64,000 bases of DNA from an uncultured Desulfobacterales bacterium. GTDB taxonomy: Bacteria > Desulfobacterota > Dissulfuribacteria > Dissulfuribacterales > QOAL01. Below are positions 26,104 through 33,927 of the stretch, piece after piece. Position 1 is the stretch's first letter. The number at the start of each line of letters is the position of its first letter. The translations under genes were made by a program, and so were the position numbers. The stretch is taken from contig CAZNKP010000020.1 in assembly GCA_964573805.1 (NCBI GenBank), positions 75,647 to 139,646 of the forward strand. Direction: 5' to 3'. Below the pieces are notes generated by a model. That model made no database searches. It was not told the origin of the DNA and saw nothing but the letters and a program-made list of their open reading frames with translations.

Positions 26104-27380
26104 CTCAGTGGGAAAAGCAGCGTTACTCTGGTGCCATGGCCTGGGATGCTATCTATCTCGATTTGTCCTTGATGTTCCTTCATGATGTGATGGACCATTA
26201 TGAGCCCCACTCCAGTGCCTGAAGGTTTGGTGGTAACAAGTTCCTTAAATAGTTTAGCCTTTACTTCCCTGCTTATTCCTGGTCCCTGATCCTCGATCTC
26301 AATGGCTGGCCTCCCTTCTATTTTTTTGATCTCCACTTTTATGCTTGCTCCATTGGGAGAGGCATCTGCTGCGTTTTTGAGCAAATGTAATACGGCTACT
26401 TTCAGGGTTCTTGGGTTTCCTCTTATGCGAACTGGATTTTCTGGGGCCTTGAACTCTACCCGAATCCCCTTTTTTTCAAAATTAGGCTGCCAGGCTTCCA
26501 GTATCTCTTTGACCAGATCTTGCAACACGACCTTTGTAAAGAACCTCTCCTGTTCCCTGGCCAATCCTTCAAAGTCTTTTACTATGGCCTCGAGTTTTTG
26601 AGCTTCAAGATATATGGCCTTTATCTTGTCCCTTTCAGAGGAATTTTCAGGAAGTTTTTTCAAAAGTATTCTTGCCAGGCCTCCGATAATGGTGGCAGGA
26701 TTTCGAACTTTATCTGCTATCTTGAGGGCAAATTCTACTATTGTGCGCTCATGGACTAAAGATTCCATGTCTTTGCTAAGCTCTAAAAGTTCAGCATTTA
26801 CCTTATCTAATTCCTTGTTTTTCAAGGAAATGGTTCTTAAAAGCGACAAGACTTCTTGGTGCTTGGCCCTAAGATTTTCAATATAAGATTCCTGCAAGTC
26901 CTTAAAGACCTGTTGGCGAATCTGCTCCTGTCCCTTTAAAAGACTCCCGCAGTCTGGTTCATCTCCAAACAGCATTACCTCTAGCTCAAAGGATCTGTCT
27001 TGGTTGAATTTTTTTATCTCTAACCGATCAGCTATGTTTTTGATTCCTTGAATAAGTTGGTGAATGGGAGAATGTGAATCAAAGGAACGGGGGCATATTT
27101 CACCCCAAAAATGCACCATTAAGCCAGGAAGTCCAGGACTGTCCCATCCGTTAATACTTGCGCATATAATGTAGAAAATAACTCGCCCTCCCTTTGTCTG
27201 TTTTAATAAAAAACGGGCCATTTCTGAGGCCATAAGGGCTATTTTAACGCGTCTAGTACGTGAAAATCCTCCAAGAGTAGCAAGAAGTTTTGCTTTGGAT
27301 CTGACGAGTGGAATGTCTTTCGGGCGTTTGATAACCAAGGTCAAGACGTGAATCTTCTGGCTCAGCTTTTCCATTTCCAC
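26082..27380 (-). CDS. Histidine-kinase-like ATP-binding protein (degenerate N-terminal GHKL-like domain, coiled coil, DHp-like helix, HATPase_c)
   Basis: 432 aa. C-terminal N/G1/G2 boxes (LLKNAADAS, EDQGPGI, GTGVGL). The H-box-like segment FALKIADKVRNPATIIGGLARIL has Asp where the phospho-His is expected. Confidence 0.75.
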   Translation of the reverse strand: MEMEKLSQKIHVLTLVIKRPKDIPLVRSKAKLLATLGGFSRTRRVKIALMASEMARFLLKQTKGGRVIFYIICASINGWDSPGLPGLMVHFWGEICPRSFDSHSPIHQLIQGIKNIADRLEIKKFNQDRSFELEVMLFGDEPDCGSLLKGQEQIRQQVFKDLQESYIENLRAKHQEVLSLLRTISLKNKELDKVNAELLELSKDMESLVHERTIVEFALKIADKVRNPATIIGGLARILLKKLPENSSERDKIKAIYLEAQKLEAIVKDFEGLAREQERFFTKVVLQDLVKEILEAWQPNFEKKGIRVEFKAPENPVRIRGNPRTLKVAVLHLLKNAADASPNGASIKVEIKKIEGRPAIEIEDQGPGISREVKAKLFKELVTTKPSGTGVGLIMVHHIMKEHQGQIEIDSIPGHGTRVTLLFPLRWKEKDI

Positions 27381-28444
27381 ACCACTAGTGCAGCGTCATC
27401 GCACTGCCTATCGCAAGGGAGAAACAGATAGTTTGTCCATATCAAGCTTGGGATATCCATTAGGACCTGTTGAAATTTTATGGGAGGAATAGGGCCAATT
27501 CCGTCTGTGTAAAGGATACCCATTGTTTCTTTAAAATTCTTATAATGCCAGGAAACGAGGCCACTTTTTGAATTTATAGGACCGATAAGCCCCTTTTTCC
27601 CAGAAATTAGATTTTCTTTTCCGTCTAAAAACAAAAGATGGTTTACATTTCCGGCCACAGCGATCTTTACCTCTGGCCTTTCTATATCCAATCTGACCAC
27701 TTGAGCCATCAGGCCCCGTGAGCCAACCATATGATTCCCAAGGGCCATCAGTGCATCCATCGGTTCGGTTTCAGCAGGTAAAAGGGCAAGAAATTTTTTG
27801 GCAGAAAAGATTATTTTTGCTGCCTCTGGACCCTTGCCAAGGGCGTCCATAAGCACCATTAGGATGTAGGGATGCCTGCAGGAAAAAAAGAAACCGTCTC
27901 CACAGTAGAGGTTTCCCTTTGCAGGTCTTACAAGAAAGGATAGCTCCACAGGTAAGCGACTCAAGATGTCTGGAGGTTCTGCAAAGGAGGCAGCAACCAA
28001 GGTTTCATACTCCTTTTTCCCCAACAAAAGATCCGGACAGGGAAAGTCTCCGAGTCTTCCAGAGCACACAGCAAATTCTTCGGCAAGCCTTCTTGCAGTG
28101 CCAAGACCAGCCCCTAAGCCTTGGTTTCCGTAAAAATCTCTGTTGCAGATCCGAAAGACAGGCATTATTCCTGGCCCCTTATCCAAGCTGCATGTTACGA
28201 AAAAGGCCTGCTCTGTTCCAATCCTTTGCCCAAAGAGTCTGATCATTCCTTTGTGGGTATTATGATCTATATGATTTTGGGCAAGTTCGCTTACGCACAA
28301 GACTATATCAGAGATTTTAGAGGAGGAAAAACCAAGTTGCCTGGCAAGCTTGTCCGCTGCCTTTCTGATCAAAAATACATGGGCCTGGATGGATATATCT
28401 TTTTCGTACCACAGGGGTTGTAGCCCATCTATATCCACTTCCAC
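27362..28444 (-). CDS. ATP-binding SpoIIE/PP2C-family protein phosphatase (RsbW-like GHKL domain + PP2C domain, RsbX/RsbU analogue)
   Basis: 360 aa. N-terminal anti-sigma-kinase-like boxes (VSELAQNHIDH, DKGPGI, GLGAGLG). C-terminal PP2C motifs (CGDGFFF, LMDALGKGPEAA, ILYTDGI). Confidence 0.8.
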   Translation of the reverse strand: MEVDIDGLQPLWYEKDISIQAHVFLIRKAADKLARQLGFSSSKISDIVLCVSELAQNHIDHNTHKGMIRLFGQRIGTEQAFFVTCSLDKGPGIMPVFRICNRDFYGNQGLGAGLGTARRLAEEFAVCSGRLGDFPCPDLLLGKKEYETLVAASFAEPPDILSRLPVELSFLVRPAKGNLYCGDGFFFSCRHPYILMVLMDALGKGPEAAKIIFSAKKFLALLPAETEPMDALMALGNHMVGSRGLMAQVVRLDIERPEVKIAVAGNVNHLLFLDGKENLISGKKGLIGPINSKSGLVSWHYKNFKETMGILYTDGIGPIPPIKFQQVLMDIPSLIWTNYLFLPCDRQCDDAALVVWKWKS

Positions 28445-28857
28445 ACCTCCACCCGTGTTCCGCCATCAATAAGGCTTGCAACCCTTAGATCATCTGCAAG
28501 GGCATTCAAAAGATTTAATCCCATGCCCATACCTTTATCTTGAGAAAAGCCTGGGGTCATAGCCTCGGCCAGATCGGATATTCCAGTACCCCGGTCTTCA
28601 GCTACCATCCTTACGGCCTTCTTTTCTCCTTCTTGGTAAACTGTTATACATATCTTTCCTCCTTGACTGTGCCGAAGAATATTGTTTCCAAGCTCATCCA
28701 AGATGGTAAGGGCTTCAGCCTGTTTCATCTCGTTTTTTAGACCCAGCCAAGAAAAAAGCTCCCTTAAGACCTTTCTGGCCTTTGTTAGTCCTACATTTCT
28801 AGATACAGGTGTACACCTTTTGGCTATCGAAATTTTATTTTTTACTGTATCAGTCAA
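28429..28857 (-). CDS. RsbT-like serine/threonine kinase (anti-sigma regulatory factor, GHKL)
   Basis: 142 aa. N box ELGNNILRH, G1 EDRGTGI, G2 GMGMGL. TTG start overlaps the upstream STAS gene stop. Confidence 0.8.
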   Translation of the reverse strand: MTDTVKNKISIAKRCTPVSRNVGLTKARKVLRELFSWLGLKNEMKQAEALTILDELGNNILRHSQGGKICITVYQEGEKKAVRMVAEDRGTGISDLAEAMTPGFSQDKGMGMGLNLLNALADDLRVASLIDGGTRVEVWKWI

Positions 28858-29218
28858 CTCTTATTAGTTTGTGTCCCAGTTTCCCAAGCGCCTGTTCTGC
28901 ATCAAGTGCAAATCTTAGGTTGTGTCCAAAACTCATGTTAAAACTTTTCAAGGCGGCAATTGCAGAAGCTCCAAGGCCTGCCACCACTATCTGTGCTTTG
29001 AAAAGTCCCATGGTAGAGGCGAGCTTTTGTATATTTTCTGCAAGAAAGGTATCTATTACTTCTACATCAGATAGATCTACAATTACAGCTTTTGAATTTG
29101 TGGCCCGCACCTTTTCTGCTAGTTCCTTCAGAAGTTGAAGCACCTGTGCATCGTCTATTTCCTCTTGAAGAGACACAAGGAGGATCTTACCAAGATGAAA
29201 TATTGAAAAAGATTTCAT
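28850..29218 (-). CDS. RsbS-like single STAS-domain protein
   Basis: 122 aa. STAS core VIVDLSDVEVIDTFLAENI, with Thr at the position of the phosphorylatable Ser of B. subtilis RsbS. Confidence 0.8.
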   Translation of the reverse strand: MKSFSIFHLGKILLVSLQEEIDDAQVLQLLKELAEKVRATNSKAVIVDLSDVEVIDTFLAENIQKLASTMGLFKAQIVVAGLGASAIAALKSFNMSFGHNLRFALDAEQALGKLGHKLIRVD

Positions 29219-29226
29219 TCAAGACC

Positions 29227-30108
29227 TCAGAGTTCTTGGTTATCTTCCAATGCCTTAATGGCCTTTACCTGTTTTTGGCGCGTTTTGGTTATCTGTTGCA
29301 TGGCATAATGGAGTCCATCTGCCATGCGGCTCCTTACGTTTATGGTACCAAGATCGACCCCAAGGTGGGCCATGGTCAGGGCAATACGTGAAGAGATTCC
29401 TGTCAGGACCGCCTCGCTTCCCATAAGGCGGACTGCATCAACTGTCTGGAGGAGGTAGTTTGCCACAGCAGTATCGACATTGGGTACCCCTGTAATATCA
29501 ATAATAACAAAGGGAGCGCGTGTTGACTCTATTGTAACGAGTAATCTTTCCATTGCGGATTGTGCCCGATGGCTGTCAAGTGTACCAACCAGCGGGAGCG
29601 CCAAGACCCCGTCCCATACTTCGATAACTGGCGTGGAAAGTTCAAGGATTTCTTCTTGCAAGTGGCGGATGTCTTCATCACGTTTTTTTAAGAGTTCTTC
29701 TTGCTGCCTGAGGATGAGCCTTTCCTTTTCAAGACGGTCAGAAATGTCTATGAAATGTTCAACGCAACCTATTATCTCTCCCTGATGATTTTTTATAGGG
29801 CGGCTGGCAAACTCGATGGGTATCTCTTTCTCTCCTACTTTTAAAGTGGTCTGTCCTTGATTGACTGTATTGTTTTTCGTGGCTACCTTGCAGGTACATT
29901 GATCTGTCTGGCACATTGGTGTATGGAATATCTCGTAGCACTTGCGGTCGAAGCAGTCTCCAGGGGTTCTGCCAACTAGTTCTGCCCCCGCCTTGTTAAT
30001 AATAAGTATATTGTTATCCAGGTCTGTTACAAATATGCCCGAGGGAACGGCATTGATTATCTCAAACAGGAATCCTTCATCTCCTTGGTAGTCCTTTAAT
30101 TCAGTCAT
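29227..30108 (-). CDS. RsbR-like sensor: Cys-rich PAS domain + coiled linker + STAS domain
   Basis: 293 aa. PAS (INAVPSGIFVTDLDNNILIINKAGAELVG...), linker, then STAS (PVIEVWDGVLALPLVGTLDSHRA...VIIDITGVPNVDTAVANYLL). Strong AAGGAGGGAGG Shine-Dalgarno upstream. Confidence 0.8.
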   Translation of the reverse strand: MTELKDYQGDEGFLFEIINAVPSGIFVTDLDNNILIINKAGAELVGRTPGDCFDRKCYEIFHTPMCQTDQCTCKVATKNNTVNQGQTTLKVGEKEIPIEFASRPIKNHQGEIIGCVEHFIDISDRLEKERLILRQQEELLKKRDEDIRHLQEEILELSTPVIEVWDGVLALPLVGTLDSHRAQSAMERLLVTIESTRAPFVIIDITGVPNVDTAVANYLLQTVDAVRLMGSEAVLTGISSRIALTMAHLGVDLGTINVRSRMADGLHYAMQQITKTRQKQVKAIKALEDNQEL

Positions 30109-30291
30109 GACCTCCCTCCTTTTGATCGTGTAATAAAAAATTTTAGCAAAAAGGGGGCATTTCGTCTAATAACCGCCCTGTTAATCAAGCAGATAAAAAA
30201 TAAAAAGTTGCATTCGCATTTAAGAAAAAAAGCGGCAAATCCGATGGATTTAATGAAAATAAGGATTTTTAAAGGAGGCTTAAAGATTCTC

Positions 30292-30978
30292 ATGAAAAAT
30301 TATTTAAAAAAAAACTTTTTCTCAAAATCTAAAAGCCAGATGGCAGGTTTTACATTGATAGAGATGGCCATAGTTCTTGTAATTATTGGTATCATCATAG
30401 GCGCTGTTATGAAAGGACGGGATCTCATAAAATCTGCCCAGATCAAGAATGCCTATGAAACCTTTTTTGCTGCCCATTACAAGATGATCGGTTCCTATTA
30501 TGATAAGACAGGAAGAATCTTGGGGGATGGAACCATTAATGGGGGAACTGGTACTAACCCAAATGGTTGGATGGACAATATCGGTCTTTACAATGGAACA
30601 AACAGAAGCAATATCATCAATGCCCTAAAAAGTGTTGGAATAGATGTATGCTCTTTAGTAAAAAGCAACCTTACATCTACCGAATGTGGCCCAAATGGAT
30701 TGAACATTGGCCAGATTTCTCTAGATGGCGAATATGCCAGGCAGACCGTTTGGGTAGGTTATTATTATGCAAACTTTGCCGGAAGGTATAGAAACTATCT
30801 GAGGATCGATAGGATACCTACAGACTTTGCCATCGCCCTGGATAAGATGATAGATGGGGTTGCAAATTGTGCATCAGGTTCCTTTGTTGTCGTTCCTGGA
30901 GAGACCTGTAATAACGGCCAATGGCCTGATGCCAGCTCCACACCCTATGTAAGGGCCGCTTGGATTGTAGAGTTTTAG
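30292..30978 (+). CDS. Type IV pilin / pseudopilin-like protein (probable major subunit)
   Basis: Start set at ATG 30292 (AAAGGAGG upstream). Class III signal MKNYLKKNFFSKSKSQMAG|FTLIEMAIVLVIIGIIIGAV with Glu at +5. About 209 aa mature. Confidence 0.8.
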   Translation: MKNYLKKNFFSKSKSQMAGFTLIEMAIVLVIIGIIIGAVMKGRDLIKSAQIKNAYETFFAAHYKMIGSYYDKTGRILGDGTINGGTGTNPNGWMDNIGLYNGTNRSNIINALKSVGIDVCSLVKSNLTSTECGPNGLNIGQISLDGEYARQTVWVGYYYANFAGRYRNYLRIDRIPTDFAIALDKMIDGVANCASGSFVVVPGETCNNGQWPDASSTPYVRAAWIVEF

Positions 30979-31006
30979 TTTTCCACCAACCACCTCCTCC
31001 TCATAT

Positions 31007-31034
31007 GCCGGACCTGCTAGAAGGCAGGTCCGGC
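31007..31034 (+). terminator. Perfect 11-bp GC-rich hairpin after the pilin gene (attenuator or mRNA-stabilising element)
   Basis: GCCGGACCTGC (31007-31017) and GCAGGTCCGGC (31024-31034) around a 6-nt loop. No U-tract. Lies between the pilin stop and the ATPase start. Confidence 0.45.
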
Positions 31035-31078
31035 CACATTCAAAATACCTGTCCAAATGCTAGCAAGGGTCTGTATCT

Positions 31079-32725
31079 ATGAACAGAAATAAGAAACCAC
31101 TTGGAGCACTTTTAAAAGAACAAGGCCTTGTCACCGAGCAACAGATCCAATTCGCCTTAGCCGAGCAAAAGGCAACCGGGGAAAAACTCGGCGAATGCCT
31201 CATGCGTCTGGGTATAATTACCGATTCGGAGCTTGCCATTGCTCTCTCTAAACAGACAGGTGTCCCCTATATAGATCTCAAGTCTTTTTCGGCAAATAAA
31301 GAGGCCTTGAGAAAGGTGCCCTCGCATATTGCAAGGACCCAGCAAATCTTGCCCCTGCGTTTAAATGGTAATGAAATAGAGGTGGCAACGGCAGACCCCT
31401 ATGATCTCAATGCTACCCAGATAATACTCAGGGCAACAGGACTCAGGGCCAGACTCTTTGTTGCCGCGGAGGGAGAAATCAGGAAGCTGGTTGAACGATA
31501 TTACTATCTTATTGAACATCCTGTTGATGAAGAGATTCTGAAGATTATTCAGATGGCTAGCCAAAGATCCGGTATGGAAATAGACATGACCGGATTGACC
31601 GACCTTATTCTTACCTCGGCAGTTATACAAAGGGCTACAGATGTACATATCACTCCAAGTGATCGTTCTTGCAGGATTATGTTCCGGATAGATGGGGTAT
31701 TAGAGGCAAAGTATGTTTTCCCTTTTAAAATCCACAACAAGATTATAACCAACCTTAAGGTCAAGGCGGGGATGGATATATCCGAACAGAGGAGAGCCCA
31801 GGACGGCCGGATGTCCTTCGAGTTTCTTGGAGACAGTTTTGACATCAGGGCGTCTACAGTAAAGACAAATTTTGGAGAAAACATGGTGCTTAGGCTTTTG
31901 CCATCCAAGGGCGAATCCCTATTAAACCTGGAACAACTTGGTTTCCATAAGGAACAGCTTGGGCTTATTCAGCGTCTTTTTTCTCGTCCCTACGGTATCG
32001 TGCTCATAACTGGTCCTACCGGCAGTGGAAAAACAACAACACTTTATGCAGCCTTGAGGCGCCAGAATGCCATAGAGAAAAATATAGTTACAGTTGAAGA
32101 TCCGATTGAATACCAATTTTTAATGATAAGACAGACCCAAGTCAACACCAAGGCTGGGTATACCTTCGCCTCTGCAATCAGGACCTTTTTGCGTCAGGAT
32201 CCAGATGTGATTTTGGTAGGCGAAATTAGGGATAGCGAAACCGCTTCCCTTGCAACCCGGGCTGCCATTACAGGGCATCTTGTCCTTTCCACCCTTCACA
32301 CTAACAGCGCTGTAGGGGCCTTGGCCAGGCTCAAAGATTTAGATATTTCTCCCTATCTGCTTTCAACTTCTTTGTCAGGGATAATTGCCCAGCGTTTGGT
32401 AAGAAAACTTTGTCCTTATTGCAAGAATCCTTCTCGTCCCACCCCTGAGGAGGCTGCAGCCCTGGATATACCACCTGAGACAGAAATCTTTAGAGAAAAG
32501 GGCTGTAGTCAATGCAGGAATACCGGTTTTATGGGCAGGACAGTTGTTGCGGAAATCCTTAGTTTTTCGGAGGCATTGCTGAAACAGGTGGCTAGAGACG
32601 AACCACTTAGCGAGATACTTTCCACTGCCCATTCTGAAGGTTTCTTGCCTCTTAAAGAGCAGGCAAGACTAAAGGTAATTAACGGAGTAACAAGTCCTGG
32701 CGAGGTAAGGAGGGTGATTGGCTGA
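31079..32725 (+). CDS. GspE/PilB-family type IV filament assembly ATPase with an MshEN-type N-terminal domain (MshE-like)
   Basis: 548 aa. Walker A GPTGSGKTT, Asp box VEDPIEY, Walker B DPDVILVGEIRD, His box GHLVLSTLHTN, tetra-Cys CPYC...CSQC. Two tandem 24-residue MshEN-like motifs in the N-terminus. Confidence 0.9.
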   Translation: MNRNKKPLGALLKEQGLVTEQQIQFALAEQKATGEKLGECLMRLGIITDSELAIALSKQTGVPYIDLKSFSANKEALRKVPSHIARTQQILPLRLNGNEIEVATADPYDLNATQIILRATGLRARLFVAAEGEIRKLVERYYYLIEHPVDEEILKIIQMASQRSGMEIDMTGLTDLILTSAVIQRATDVHITPSDRSCRIMFRIDGVLEAKYVFPFKIHNKIITNLKVKAGMDISEQRRAQDGRMSFEFLGDSFDIRASTVKTNFGENMVLRLLPSKGESLLNLEQLGFHKEQLGLIQRLFSRPYGIVLITGPTGSGKTTTLYAALRRQNAIEKNIVTVEDPIEYQFLMIRQTQVNTKAGYTFASAIRTFLRQDPDVILVGEIRDSETASLATRAAITGHLVLSTLHTNSAVGALARLKDLDISPYLLSTSLSGIIAQRLVRKLCPYCKNPSRPTPEEAAALDIPPETEIFREKGCSQCRNTGFMGRTVVAEILSFSEALLKQVARDEPLSEILSTAHSEGFLPLKEQARLKVINGVTSPGEVRRVIG

Positions 32726-33927
32726 TGAGTTGGTACAGGTATGAGGCCCTTGCCCCTGACGGTACGAAGATAGTTGATGAAGGCCAATTCGGGACCTCTG
32801 CCGAGCTTTATAGGAGCCTTCGGGATCAGGGCTACGTACTGCTTGACTATAAAAAAAAGATATTCAGGTTCGGAAGCCTGTTTCCCGTCAGGATAAAGCG
32901 TGGTGTACTTGCAGAATTTTTCAGGAATCTTGCACTCGTACTGAAGGCAGGAGTACCTTTGGTTGAGGCACTACAAGATATTGCGGATTCACCAGGTGCA
33001 GTAAAGTTCAGGATCGTTATTAAGGACCTTGTACAGAGAATAAGGTCTGGAGAACTTTTTTCCGAGGCCCTTTCCCATCATGAGTCTATTTTCCCAAACA
33101 TAGTTATAGTTCTCGCCCGTCTCGGTGAGGAGACAGGACAGCTTGACAGGACCCTTGAGGATGCTGCCAACCATCTGGAAAGGGTCCAAGAAATTATTGA
33201 TAAGACCAAACGGGCCCTCAGTTATCCTGTCGTAATTTTGACAGCCATGATTGGTGCTTTGGCGTTTTGGCTTATCTATGTGTTGCCAAAGTTGTTTGAG
33301 TTGTTCAAAAGTCTTGGCCTAAAAAAGCTCCCTATTATGACAAGGATACTTTTTTCGGTTGTAGAAGGGGTTAAGGCCTACTGGTTCGTCTTGCCAACGA
33401 CAGTGGTTATTTTGACTGTTTTTGGCATTTTGGCATCCAGGAATCAAAAGCTAAAGCTCTTTTGGGATACCTTGTGGTCTAAGGTGCCACTTGTCGGGAG
33501 AATAATCAAGGCCTCCCAGCTGGCATTCTTTTTTGAATACCTGGCCCTTCTCACAGCTTCTGGCATAGATGTCATTAGAAGTCTTGATGTGATGGAGGGC
33601 GCCATTACTCATCAGATATTGAAGAAAGACATCTCTAAGGTAAAGAAACTGGTACTTTCAGGCTTTTCTCTATCCGAGGCTTTTAGAGAGTGCTCGTTTT
33701 TCGAGGCCTTTATCCTCCGTATGATAAAAGTGGGAGAGACTACCGGCCATATGCCTGAACAACTCAAGATACTGGCAGATTTTTATATGGTAAAGGTAAA
33801 CAGGATGGTGGATTCCATGGCCAAGACCTTGGAACCCCTGCTCATAATATTCGCTGGCATAATATTTGTAATCATAGTTATGGGTCTACTTGGTCCAATA
33901 TATGACATGATGGGGAGTCTCAAATAA
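32725..33927 (+). CDS. GspF/PilC/MshG-family platform protein
   Basis: 400 aa with two T2SSF-type repeats and 3 TM segments. ATG overlaps the ATPase stop (TGATGA). Confidence 0.9.
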   Translation: MSWYRYEALAPDGTKIVDEGQFGTSAELYRSLRDQGYVLLDYKKKIFRFGSLFPVRIKRGVLAEFFRNLALVLKAGVPLVEALQDIADSPGAVKFRIVIKDLVQRIRSGELFSEALSHHESIFPNIVIVLARLGEETGQLDRTLEDAANHLERVQEIIDKTKRALSYPVVILTAMIGALAFWLIYVLPKLFELFKSLGLKKLPIMTRILFSVVEGVKAYWFVLPTTVVILTVFGILASRNQKLKLFWDTLWSKVPLVGRIIKASQLAFFFEYLALLTASGIDVIRSLDVMEGAITHQILKKDISKVKKLVLSGFSLSEAFRECSFFEAFILRMIKVGETTGHMPEQLKILADFYMVKVNRMVDSMAKTLEPLLIIFAGIIFVIIVMGLLGPIYDMMGSLK

